Shown one piece after another: positions 28,474-37,522 of a stretch of 64,000 nt of DNA. The DNA lies in assembly GCA_016432405.1 (NCBI GenBank), contig CP066687.1:283040-347039 (forward strand), read 5' to 3'. A program made the translations under genes and the position numbers. The first letter of the stretch is position 1, and the number at the start of each line of letters is the position of its first letter. The DNA comes from Candidatus Giovannonibacteria bacterium. GTDB lineage: Bacteria > Patescibacteriota > Minisyncoccia > UBA11713 > 2-01-FULL-45-33. Under the pieces are notes generated by a model. That model was not told the origin of the DNA. It saw only the letters and a list, made by a program, of their open reading frames with translations, and made no database searches.

Positions 28474-29179
28474 AGAAATTTGTCCGTTGTAGTTACGTTA
28501 AAAAATCTCGCTATATGCGGGAAACTCTGGCAGGATTCACAGCTACTCATCGCAGTCGAGCGAAAGTAACAATGCTGTGATGCAGACAATCCGCAGGAAA
28601 CTTCTTTGATTAAAAAATCAAATGACTGAATGGATAAAAACCATTGATCCAAAAATCGGTTATTACATAGCCGGATTTACAGACGGAGAAGGAAGCTTCA
28701 ATGTTTCTGTAAAAAAAGAAATGATTATAAGGATCAATGGAAACTTACAGCTTCGTTTAACATCTCTCAAAAAGATCGCGTAATCTTAGCGCAAATCAAA
28801 AACGTGCTTGGATGCGGGACTTTAAGAGAAAGACCGGATGGAGTTGTGTACTACGAAGTGACCAATGTTCGGTCGCTTCAAGAAAAAATTATTCCTTTCT
28901 TTGAGCGGTTTGGGTTTCTATCCGCAAATAAAAAAAGAAACTTCTCGATTTTCAGAAAAATTGTTGAGGCAATGGCAAAAAACGAACATCTTACAAGAGA
29001 TGGCTTCAGAAGAATTTTGCAATTGCGCGAAACATTAAATGAAGGTCGGGGCAGAAAGCGTAAATATCAATTATCAGATGTTTACAAAGAAGGCTCCTCA
29101 GAGACTATACGCGAGACCCCGCCATCGGCGGGGAAGATATAGTCCGATCTCATGGGCGACTATGAGCTAACACAAATAA
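28474..29179 (+). mobile_element. Group I intron in 23S at the E. coli-1917-equivalent site (helix 69); boundaries +/-2 nt
   Basis: Interrupts GTAACTAT|AACGG; core-like elements agagactatacgc ... gatatagtccgatct ... gagctaac; contains a LAGLIDADG ORF. Confidence 0.7.
28622..29142 (+). pseudogene. Intron-encoded LAGLIDADG homing endonuclease, disrupted by a -1 frameshift
   Basis: Frame 1 MTEWIKTIDPKIGYYIAGFTDGEGSFNVSVKK...LRLTSLKKIA*; continues in another frame as ...NISQKDRVILAQIKNVLGCGTLRERPDGVVYYEVTNVRSLQEKIIPFFERF...; shift lies between 28740 and 28760. Confidence 0.7.
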
Positions 29180-29192
29180 ACGGTCCTAAGGT
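29180..29192 (+). other. 13-14-nt 23S mini-exon (ACGGTCCTAAGGT) between the two introns
   Basis: Conserved 23S sequence flanked by intron sequence on both sides. Confidence 0.7.
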
Positions 29193-29691
29193 GGAATGCC
29201 TGCCTTAGTAAAATTCTGCTGTATCGGTGAACACCCGCCAACATCTGCGAAGTTGTGGCGGGCAATACCGAGGGAAGTGCGAATACTGATTTTTGGAAAA
29301 AATAAAAAAAGGAAAAAGGGTCAACTTTTTGACCCCTTAAAAACCCTGCGAAAATCTTCGATAAACTTTATTACGGCGTAAATCAGAACTGCTGCCACTC
29401 CTACAGACAATAAGCTAGCCACGATATATAGCGAAGTTTGCATGGCTTGTCCCTCCTCTGTCTTAAAGTTATCATATATTGTTTATTATGTCAAGTACCC
29501 AAATTTGACTCCAAAAATCAGTATTCGTACCCCGTAGAGACTATACGCAGAAGTCGCCTCAGGCGACAAGATATAGTCCGACCTCCGTGGCAACACGGAG
29601 AGCTAACCAGAAATGAGTTAGCCCGTAATGTTTTGGTCAATTGCCAAATGTTAATTGTCAATTGTCCAATTGTTACGCAGTAACAATTGTG
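29193..29691 (+). mobile_element. Group I intron in 23S at the E. coli-1931-equivalent site; no intact homing endonuclease ORF
   Basis: Interrupts CCTAAGGT|AGCGCAATTCC; 5' exon ends in U, intron ends in G; shares agagactatacgc ... gatatagtccgacct ... gagctaacc core with intron 1. Confidence 0.7.
29321..29443 (-). CDS. Antisense 40-aa hydrophobic ORF with strong SD inside intron 2 (speculative)
   Basis: cagaggagggacaagccATG; MQTSLYIVASLLSVGVAAVLIYAVIKFIEDFRRVFKGSKS. Confidence 0.25.
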   Translation of the reverse strand: MQTSLYIVASLLSVGVAAVLIYAVIKFIEDFRRVFKGSKS

Positions 29692-30497
29692 AGCGCAATT
29701 CCTTGTCAGGTGAGTTCTGACGCGCACGAAAGGCGTAACGACTGGGGGACTGTCTCGGGGATTTGCTCGGTGAAAATGCGATACCGGTGAAGATGCCGGT
29801 TAGGTGTAGTTAGACGAAAAGACCCCGGAAGCTTTACTGCAAGTTGTTATTGGCTTTACGTTTTTACTACGTAGCGTAGTGGGGAGCCGTTGAAATCCCG
29901 CTTTTGGGCGGGACGGAGGCGCCAATGAAACACCCATTTTTAAAAATGTAAAATCTAACTCCGACGGCAAAAACGTCGGAGGACAGTAGCTGCTGGGCAG
30001 TTTGTGTGGGGCGCAATCCTCCTAAAAAGTAACGGAGGAGTTTATTAAGGTCGGCTTAGCGCGGATGGACATCGCGCCGGACCTGTAAGAGGAAAAGCCG
30101 GCTTAACTGCGAGGGGGGCATCCCGAGCAGGTGGGAAACCAGAATCTAGTGAACCGACCGTTGGCACTCGATGCCGCGGAAGATTAACGGATAAAAGCTA
30201 CTCCGGGGATAACAGGCTAGTTCCGTCCAAGCGTCCATAGCGACGACGGAGTTCGGCACCTCGATGTCGGCTCATCTTATCCTGGGGGTGGAGAAGCTCC
30301 CAAGGGTTTGGCTGTTCGCCAATTAAAAAGGTACGTGAGCTGGGTTCAGACCGTCGTGAGACAGGTTGGACTCCTATCTACTACACCCGTTGATTCTTGA
30401 GGGGGGTTCTTCCTAGTACGAGAGGACCGGAAGGAGGCGACCTCTGGTTTGCCTGCTCTGCCGCCAGGCGGAACGCAGGGTGGCTAAGTCGCTAAGT

Positions 30498-30528
<31 letters not shown>

Positions 30529-30706
30529 ACGCCCCAAGATTAGGAATTATTGATTCCTCGAAGACTACGAGGTTGATAGGCTCTAGGTGTAAGGACCGCA
30601 AGGCCTTAAGCCGAGGAGTACTAATAGATCAAACAACCTGATAAGATTTATCCGTCTTGTTAGGAAACGCGCTTATAAATTACAAAAATAAATTGAATCT
30701 TTTCAT

Positions 30707-30812
30707 TCGGCGGCTTGAGGCGGCGGAACTACCTCTTCCCATTCCGAACAGAGAAGTAAAACGCCGTACTGCCGATGATACTCCTTTGGGGGAAAGTAGG
30801 CAGCCGCCGGTT
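30707..30812 (+). rRNA. rrf: 5S ribosomal RNA
   Basis: tcggcggc...CCCATTCCGAACAGAGAAGTAAAACGCCGTACTGCCGATGATACTCC...GGAAAGTAGGCAGCCGCCGG; terminal helix pairs. Confidence 0.85.
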
Positions 30813-30820
30813 GAAAGGGT

Positions 30821-31735
30821 TTAATTTTGTCTGAAAAAATTCGCAAGGCCCCTGTGGGTCGCCTCGGCCAATTCGCGCAGCACAAAAGGCCTCAATTCCT
30901 TGTTTAAAAATTTTGATTCGTAAATATATCCGTATTCTATCAATATTGAAACGCCATCTCTGGAAGCGTTTGAGCCGACGGCGATAAGCTGCTGGTCTTC
31001 TATCAGAATCTCTTTTTCTTTCGGGAAATTGCTTCCGTCGGCGATTTTATCAAGTTCCTCTTTTATATATTTGGCCACTTCCATGCTTGCTTTGCCGTTG
31101 GGGAACTGGTCGTCCGGCACGTATATCGCGAACCCCGCGTATTTCCCGGGCATATCGTATTTTCTCCCCGGGTAATCGTTAAGATGTATGTGGAGCACGA
31201 TATCCGCGCCGTTGTCGTTCGCCCATTTGTTTATGCCGTAGAGAATCTGCGAGGTATTGTCCGCGGCAGGGTTATGATATACTTTTGTTTCTTTTTTGAC
31301 CGCGCCGATTTTAACGGCATTTTTAAAAACGGCTTTTACCTTTTCTTTAAACGCGGCGATAGCCGTGTTTTGGGTTTTTATGTAATCCAAAATCCAGTCG
31401 TTGTGCTCGCCCGTGATTTTATTTGTGATAAAAACGGAAAACTTTCCGTCTCTTCGCAAAGAATCAAACAGATAATTTCCCAGCTCGGCGTTGATGCTTG
31501 CTTCCGTAGTCCCGCGGTATTGCGTTCCGTAATTTTCTTTGTCATGCCCGGGGACTATTAAAATTTTTATGTCGCCGCTTTTATATTTTTCCAGGAGCTC
31601 TTCGGCGCGCACTTCTTTTCCGAAAAATATTCCCGCGAGATAATAAGCCGCCGTGCCCACGTAGGCGATGTTTAGATAATAAGAAACCATAAGCATCAAA
31701 ATGGCCGCGATCGTCAGTTTTATGCGCCTTGGCAT
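30821..31735 (-). CDS. N-acetylmuramoyl-L-alanine amidase (Amidase_3 family), membrane-anchored
   Basis: IKILIVPGHDKENYGT ... ADIVLHIHLNDYPGR ... AGFAIYVP zinc-amidase motifs; N-terminal TM. Confidence 0.65.
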   Translation of the reverse strand: MPRRIKLTIAAILMLMVSYYLNIAYVGTAAYYLAGIFFGKEVRAEELLEKYKSGDIKILIVPGHDKENYGTQYRGTTEASINAELGNYLFDSLRRDGKFSVFITNKITGEHNDWILDYIKTQNTAIAAFKEKVKAVFKNAVKIGAVKKETKVYHNPAADNTSQILYGINKWANDNGADIVLHIHLNDYPGRKYDMPGKYAGFAIYVPDDQFPNGKASMEVAKYIKEELDKIADGSNFPKEKEILIEDQQLIAVGSNASRDGVSILIEYGYIYESKFLNKELRPFVLRELAEATHRGLANFFRQN

Positions 31736-31761
31736 TGTTTAATTATAGCAGGTTCTGTATG

Positions 31762-31789
31762 TTGACGCGGCTGGCCTGTTTGCTATAAT
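31762..31789 (+). promoter_or_regulatory. Near-consensus sigma70 promoter with extended -10 (TTGACG -16- tgcTATAAT)
   Basis: -35 31762-31767; TG-TATAAT 31781-31789; no ORF downstream. Confidence 0.6.
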
Positions 31790-31795
31790 GGTTAC

Positions 31796-32028
31796 GCAGA
31801 CGCTAAAACCCCCTAAGCGCTGCCGGCTGTGGTGCCGTTGTTCGGAAATGGGGGAGGCGTGAACAGGCGAAGGGGGCGCTTTTTCTCCGAAGCGAGGTGC
31901 GGTCCAGGCTATAACGGCCGCTACGCGCCCCTTCGCCACCCATATTTGTTCTTTCTGAATTTTTAAATAAATATGCTATAATGCAGTTCTTAAGCCCTTG
32001 TCAACTGGCAAGGGTGTTTTTTATTTTT
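31796..32028 (+). ncRNA. Candidate structured ncRNA of unknown class (promoter to intrinsic terminator)
   Basis: Long stem ggcgaagggggcgc(31886-31899)/gcgccccttcgcc(31928-31940) enclosing hairpin gcggtc-caggctataac-ggccgc; motif gttcggaaatggggg; terminator cccttgtcaactggcaaggg+T9 at 31994-32028. Confidence 0.35.
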
Positions 32029-32043
32029 TGCCGATTTTTACCG

Positions 32044-32078
32044 GTACTATACACTCTTGACCGACCGGCCTTGAGTGT
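32044..32078. repeat. Hairpin element related to the CGATCG-loop family (arms acactc/gagtgt; shares gtactatacact with the 49393 copy)
   Basis: gtactatacactcttgaccgaccggccttgagtgt. Confidence 0.45.
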
Positions 32079-32155
32079 TTAGTTATGATTATAAATAAAA
32101 AAGACCCCCCGGGATTGCCCAGAGGGTCTTGGGGGTCGGAGCTGGCACGCGGCTT

Positions 32156-32332
32156 TTACCAAGAAGGCAGGAATGAGAGGACGCTCTTGGCGAGGCCGGA
32201 GAGGCGCTGGCCGAACCTCATGCTCGGGCTGCGCTTCCGTTTGGTCTCTTGCCTATGTTTTTCCTCTCGCCTTTCCCTTTTCACTTTTCTTTTTTCGCGC
32301 CTCATCCGGCGCGCTTCTGCGATGTTCTTCAT
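32156..32332 (-). CDS. Small highly basic protein (hypothetical, 58 aa)
   Basis: gaaaggagcggaaaaatATG SD; MKNIAEARRMRREKRKVKRERREEKHRQETKRKRS...; intrinsic terminator on minus strand at 32105-32140 (gaccccc...gggggtc + T6). Confidence 0.3.
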   Translation of the reverse strand: MKNIAEARRMRREKRKVKRERREEKHRQETKRKRSPSMRFGQRLSGLAKSVLSFLPSW

Positions 32333-32457
32333 ATTTTTCCGCTCCTTTCGTGGTATTTTTATTTTGTGTCTATTTCTTATTATACTCTTTATAATTATCT
32401 TGTCAAGTAATAAGTAGGGCAATTTTTTATTTTCAAAAATTATAATATACTTAACCT

Positions 32458-33222
32458 ATGCCTATTTTTTCGTGGGGAGTGAGAAGGCAACTAGGGGTTT
32501 TCGCGGTTTTTGCGGCCGTGGTTGTTTTAATCGTTGGTGGGCTGATTTATTTTTTCCGGCCGGAGCCGACCTGTTTTGACAATAAGCAGAATCAGGACGA
32601 AGAAGGGGTTGATTGCGGAGGGGCCGAGGCGCGCTGCGCGCCGTGCTCGGAGAAAATACATGACATCGCCATTTTATGGACTAGATTTTTTCCCATCCGC
32701 GAGGGGGTTTACGACGCAGCAGCTTTGCTGGAAAACGGCAACCAATTTTTAAAGACGAAAAAATTCGTCTATGCGATAAAGCTTTACGACGCCAACAATG
32801 TTCTTGTCTCAATCCGCGAGGGGGCGACATTCATACAGCCAGGAGAAAAATTTTTGGTTTTTGAGCCGAACATCGTCGCCCAAAACCGCTTTCCCAAGAC
32901 CGCCGTACTTGAGATGAGAAGCGTGTCTTGGGAAGCCGGAGAGCCGGAGCCCTTAAAAATAGACGTTTTACGGAGAGACATTTTTCTTGCCGACGTGTCT
33001 TCGCCGCGGCTTGAAGTAAAGGTTAAAAACCAATCAACGAGCGTTTACCGCAATATAGAAGCGGCCGCCCTGCTTTTGGGGAGCGGAGACGTTGTTTTGG
33101 GTGTTTCCAAAACCAAAATAGACCGCTTGGATATCGGCGAGGAACGCGCGGCGGTATTTACCTGGCCGATGGCGATAAGCGGAGTGGAGAGAGCCGATGT
33201 TTTTTTGAGGCAAATCCCATGA
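32458..33222 (+). CDS. Membrane-anchored hypothetical protein
   Basis: N-terminal TM VFAVFAAVVVLIVGGLIYFF; Cys cluster CGGAEARCAPC; no family recognised. Confidence 0.5.
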   Translation: MPIFSWGVRRQLGVFAVFAAVVVLIVGGLIYFFRPEPTCFDNKQNQDEEGVDCGGAEARCAPCSEKIHDIAILWTRFFPIREGVYDAAALLENGNQFLKTKKFVYAIKLYDANNVLVSIREGATFIQPGEKFLVFEPNIVAQNRFPKTAVLEMRSVSWEAGEPEPLKIDVLRRDIFLADVSSPRLEVKVKNQSTSVYRNIEAAALLLGSGDVVLGVSKTKIDRLDIGEERAAVFTWPMAISGVERADVFLRQIP

Positions 33223-34373
33223 TGCGGGCGCTTCGGATGCTTGGCGGCGTTGACTGGGTTTTAATTTTAAGCGTGTTCGCGCTTGTTGTTTTGGGGCTTG
33301 CTACAATGAAATTTTTCGGCCCCCCCGCCGGCGCCGCGGAAGATTATTTTTTCAGCCGGCAACTGGTCTGGGTTTTGGCCGGGGTTACCGTGTTTTTGAT
33401 TTCTGTCCTTGCCGATTGGAGTTTTCTTAAAACTAACAGCATTTTTTTGCTTATTTTATATTTTATTTTGGTTGCCGCGCTTTTATTTTTAATTTTTTAC
33501 GGCAAATCTGTGCGCGGCGCTTCCAGCTGGTTTCAAATAAAAGGATTAAGTATTGAGCCGGTTGAGCTTATAAAGCCGGCGCTGGTTTTGGTGTTGGCGA
33601 AATATTTCTCCAAGCGCCATATTGAGATAGCGCGCTTCGCGCGCCTGGCCGTGTCTTTTATTTACGTCGCAATTCCTGCGGTTTTGGTTGCCACACAGCC
33701 GGATATGGGCTCGGCAATCGTTCTTGTGGCGATCTGGCTTGGCATGGCTTTGGCCGGAGGAATAAAAATGCGGCAGCTTTTTTTTCTTTTGCTCTCCGGC
33801 GCGGTTTTGGGCTTGATTCTTTGGAGCTTCGTTTTGCTCCCGTACCAAAAAACAAGGATAATTTCATTTTTTGACCCCGCGCGCGACGCGCGGGGAGCCG
33901 GATACCACGCGCTTCAATCGGTCATCGCCATAGGGTCGGGCGGGCTCTTTGGCAAAGGCGTTGGATACGGCACGCAGTCCAGATTGGAATTTTTGCCGGA
34001 GCATGAGACGGATTTTATTTTCGCGGCTTTCGCGGAGGAATGGGGTTTTGTAGGCGTTTTATTTTTGCTCTTTTTTTTGGGCGTGGCGCTTTGGCGGATA
34101 CTGCTCCGGGGCATTTACGGAGAATCAAATTTTGAAAAGCTCTACGCGGCGGGGCTCGCTATTTTTATATTTTTCCAGTCGGCAATACATATCGGCATGA
34201 ATTCCGGACTTTTGCCGATAACCGGCTTGGGAATGCCGTTTCTTTCTTACGGCGGGTCAAGCTTAGTGAGCTTGTTTTGGGCATTGGGGATTTTGGAAAG
34301 CTTTTCCATCCGCAAACGCGGCATCTTTTTGGGCTCCGAAGGTCGCTTCAGCGAGGGCATTTTAGGGGCTTGA
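33219..34373 (+). CDS. ftsW: SEDS-family peptidoglycan glycosyltransferase (FtsW/RodA)
   Basis: QPDMGSAIVL, LPITGLGMPFLSYGGSSLVS signature; about 10 TM. Confidence 0.9.
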   Translation: MMRALRMLGGVDWVLILSVFALVVLGLATMKFFGPPAGAAEDYFFSRQLVWVLAGVTVFLISVLADWSFLKTNSIFLLILYFILVAALLFLIFYGKSVRGASSWFQIKGLSIEPVELIKPALVLVLAKYFSKRHIEIARFARLAVSFIYVAIPAVLVATQPDMGSAIVLVAIWLGMALAGGIKMRQLFFLLLSGAVLGLILWSFVLLPYQKTRIISFFDPARDARGAGYHALQSVIAIGSGGLFGKGVGYGTQSRLEFLPEHETDFIFAAFAEEWGFVGVLFLLFFLGVALWRILLRGIYGESNFEKLYAAGLAIFIFFQSAIHIGMNSGLLPITGLGMPFLSYGGSSLVSLFWALGILESFSIRKRGIFLGSEGRFSEGILGA

Positions 34374-34397
34374 ATTTTTAGTTATTCCCCGTACATC

Positions 34398-34421
34398 GTT
34401 TTCTTCCGATCGTGAGAAAAC
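34398..34421. repeat. CGATCG-loop hairpin element (arms gttttct/agaaaac)
   Basis: gttttcttccgatcgtgagaaaac. Confidence 0.6.
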
Positions 34422-34520
34422 AGTGTATGGCAAGAAAGGGTTTTGTGGCAGGGGAACCACTATGATATATCATAGTAGTTGTGCGGTGGCTGTGTGATAG
34501 TTGCGTGGTGGCTACATATA

Positions 34521-34552
34521 CGACACTTTTGAACGATCGTAAGAAAGTGTCG
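34521..34552. repeat. CGATCG-loop hairpin element (arms cgacacttt/aaagtgtcg)
   Basis: cgacacttttgaacgatcgtaagaaagtgtcg. Confidence 0.6.
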
Positions 34553-35206
34553 CCTAACAAATCTGGCAAAAACAGAGCTATTGATTGTTGGGTAGGTTGT
34601 ATTATTATTTAAAGCATTAGCTTGTAGTACTTAATCCAATTATGGAATCATTTATACTTTTATCAGTTGTTGCTGGAATTGTAATCGTTCCTTTGCTGTT
34701 GCTTTATTTTGCTAGTAGGTATGATTGGCGTTTTAGAAAACTTAATAATAAGAACTTGGAGAAACGACGCAGAAAGGATCGGGAAAGTTAGAGATTATTT
34801 GGATATATTTTAATACTTTCTGTTTTGGGTATCTCTATCGCTCCCAGTTCATCATTAGCAGATACTCCTCTGTGGGTACGCGGCATTGTTTTCATATTCG
34901 GCGTCGCAATAATTTATGTTTCTTATGAAAAATCAAAAAATAACACATAGCTTTATGTTTTATGCCTCAAGCTTTAGTCGCTAAGGGCAAATTGGAAAGT
35001 TTGGGTTCAATTATCAATTATTTGCTCATATTTGCAATTTGCTTGCTATAGCGTGAAGATTGCAAATTCAAAAATGGTTTATACTTCAGCGATCGCAAAA
35101 GAATGAACCTAAGCAAAAAAGATATACTGGCGCGCGGCTAAAGAGAATTTTATAGAAGCTCTTGACACGATTTGGGGCTATTTGCTAGTATATTTTTATA
35201 CCACTT

Positions 35207-36241
35207 ATGAAATATCAGCTGCCAGTTCATCCGGAGGAAGCCACTAAAAAGCTTTTCGGCGTGTTGCCCAAAAGGACAAAGGACGTTTTGGAGCGGCGTT
35301 TTGGTTTGGGCAAAAATCCGGAACGGCTGACGCTTGAAGCCATAGGCCAAAAATACGGCATTACGCGCGAGCGGGTGCGCCAGATTGAGGCCGATGGGCT
35401 TGGCAGGATAAGGAAATCTCCCACTATGGCGGAGCTTAAGGGCGTTTTTGAGGGGCTGGAGGCGTATTTTAGCCAAGAGGGGCGGGTGCTTAAAGAGGGC
35501 GCCGTTTTAGAGGCGTTGGCTCCCCACCCCAGACACGCAAATCATGTTTACTTTCTGCTTTCTTTGCATAACCCGATGGTGCGGCTCCACGAATCCGACG
35601 AGCTCCACGACCGCTGGGCTTTGGGGGCGGAGGCGGACGCGGACGCGCGCAAATCTTTAGACGGCGCAATTGACGCGTTGAGAAAATCGGGCAAGCCGGT
35701 TCAGGAAAACGAACTTTTTGAGATTTTGTCGGCTTCAGCGAAAAACGTTTTGGGCGACGCGCCTCCCGGCGCGGTTTTGGGCAATTGGCTCGGGCTTTCC
35801 AAACTTATTTCTAAAAATTATTTCGGGGAATGGGGGCTTGTTGAATTTCCTGAAATCAAACCGCGCGGAGTCCGGGACCTTTCCCATATGGTGCTTTCCA
35901 GGCTCCAGAAGCCCCTTCATTTTTCCGCGGTGGCGGACGAAATAGGGAAGCTGGTTGGCAAAAAAGCGCACACGCAGACCGTCCACAATGAGCTTATAAA
36001 AGACGAAAGGTTCGTCTTGGTAGGGCGCGGACTTTACGCTTTAAAAACGTGGGGATACTCCCCCGGCGTTGTCAGGGATGTGATTTGCGATTTGCTTAAG
36101 AAAAACGGGCCTATGGCCAAAGAAAAAATAATTCCGGCCGTTTTGAAGCAGCGCTTCGTAAAACCAAACACGGTTTTCATCAATCTGGAGAACCGAAAAT
36201 ATTTCAAAAAATCTCCCGATGGTAAATATTCTCTTAAATGA
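35207..36241 (+). CDS. DNA-binding protein with sigma-70 region-4-like HTH at the N-terminus and a second putative wHTH C-terminal region
   Basis: LPKRTKDVLERRFGLGKNPERLTLEAIGQKYGITRERVRQIEADGLGRIRK (sigma70_r4-like); TTGACA at 35162. Confidence 0.55.
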   Translation: MKYQLPVHPEEATKKLFGVLPKRTKDVLERRFGLGKNPERLTLEAIGQKYGITRERVRQIEADGLGRIRKSPTMAELKGVFEGLEAYFSQEGRVLKEGAVLEALAPHPRHANHVYFLLSLHNPMVRLHESDELHDRWALGAEADADARKSLDGAIDALRKSGKPVQENELFEILSASAKNVLGDAPPGAVLGNWLGLSKLISKNYFGEWGLVEFPEIKPRGVRDLSHMVLSRLQKPLHFSAVADEIGKLVGKKAHTQTVHNELIKDERFVLVGRGLYALKTWGYSPGVVRDVICDLLKKNGPMAKEKIIPAVLKQRFVKPNTVFINLENRKYFKKSPDGKYSLK

Positions 36242-37505
36242 CCCTATCGTAAGGGAGGCCGTCTATTGGCTCGGCGCAAGCTGGTTTTTCTGGGTACCCG
36301 CGGTGCTCATTTTTATTTTTTGGGAATCCTGGGTGAGATATGTGCGGGCTTACGCCATCGCAAGGAGAAAATTCATCGTGCTGGAAATTAAAATCCCCAG
36401 AGAAGTCGCCAAAAGCCCTCAAGCGATGGAAAGCATTTTCGCCGGCATTCACGGCACGGCGCGAAGAGGCAATTTAATTGAACGTTACTGGAACGGCTGG
36501 ATAACCGCATGGTTTTCTCTGGAAATCGTGGGAGACGGCGGCGAAATTCATTTTTACATCTGGACTCACGATTTTTTTAAGAGGATGATAGAGGCGCAAA
36601 TTTTTGCCCAATATCCTTCCTGCGAAATCAAGGTGGTTGATGATTACGTCAAAGACATGCCCGCCGCCCTGCCGAATCGGGACTGGAGCATTTGGGGCAG
36701 CGAATATGTCCACACCAAGCCGGACGCGTATCCTATTCGCACTTACGAGGATTTTGCCCTGGAAGACATCAGCGCCAAAGAAGAAGAGAGGAAAATTGAC
36801 CCGCTTTCATCTTTGTTTGAGTTTCTGGGAAATTTGCGCCCGGGCGAAAAAATTTGGATTCAAATGTTGGTCCGCCCCGCCATGAGCGACCGCTGGAAAA
36901 GAGAAGGCGAGGCACTGGTGGCGAAGATGGCGGGCAAAGCCGCGCCTCCGAAGGTTGGTTTTCTGACTTGGATTGTGGATATTGTCCACGGCGCGTTGAT
37001 GGCGGCTGTGGCGCCGCCGGCGAAAAAGCCAATGAAGAAAGAAGCAGACCAGTTCAGGATTTTAAATCTTTCTCCCGGCGAGCGCGCGACCATGGAAGCA
37101 ATAGAGCGGAATATTTCCAAAATCGGGTTTGAAACCGTGGTCCGTTGGATTTATCTGGCTCGTCCGGACGTTTATAATTTTTTGGCCGTTCCGGCAATTA
37201 ACGGCATCTTTAGGCAGTTTAATTCTCAGTCATTAAACGGTTTTGCCGGAAATGGAAAAGTTGTCACCAGCGTTGATTATTGGTTTGTGGAAACGCGCAA
37301 CATGCTTAGAAAAATCAGGTTGTATAAATCTTACCGTTTTCGCTCGGCGTTTCACCCGCCGTACAACGGCAGAAGCAGGCCGATTGTTTTATCAAGCTCG
37401 GAGCTTGCGACAATTTATCATTTCCCGGGAATGGTGGTAAGCACTGCGGCGGTTCCCCGCACTGAAGCCAAAAAAGGAGCCCCGCCTCCCAATTTGCCGA
37501 TTTAG
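36219..37505 (+). CDS. Membrane protein (hypothetical), translationally coupled to the flanking genes
   Basis: N-terminal TM LGASWFFWVPAVLIFIFWESW; overlaps upstream stop by 23 nt; no known domain. Confidence 0.5.
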   Translation: MVNILLNDPIVREAVYWLGASWFFWVPAVLIFIFWESWVRYVRAYAIARRKFIVLEIKIPREVAKSPQAMESIFAGIHGTARRGNLIERYWNGWITAWFSLEIVGDGGEIHFYIWTHDFFKRMIEAQIFAQYPSCEIKVVDDYVKDMPAALPNRDWSIWGSEYVHTKPDAYPIRTYEDFALEDISAKEEERKIDPLSSLFEFLGNLRPGEKIWIQMLVRPAMSDRWKREGEALVAKMAGKAAPPKVGFLTWIVDIVHGALMAAVAPPAKKPMKKEADQFRILNLSPGERATMEAIERNISKIGFETVVRWIYLARPDVYNFLAVPAINGIFRQFNSQSLNGFAGNGKVVTSVDYWFVETRNMLRKIRLYKSYRFRSAFHPPYNGRSRPIVLSSSELATIYHFPGMVVSTAAVPRTEAKKGAPPPNLPI

Positions 37506-37522
37506 GATATAATTAATAAATA

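Noticed and set aside
32085-32417. Plus-strand ORFs 32085..32417 and 32173..32394
   Set aside because: CT-rich low-complexity translation lacking start context; the region is better explained by a minus-strand small basic ORF plus terminator, itself low confidence.
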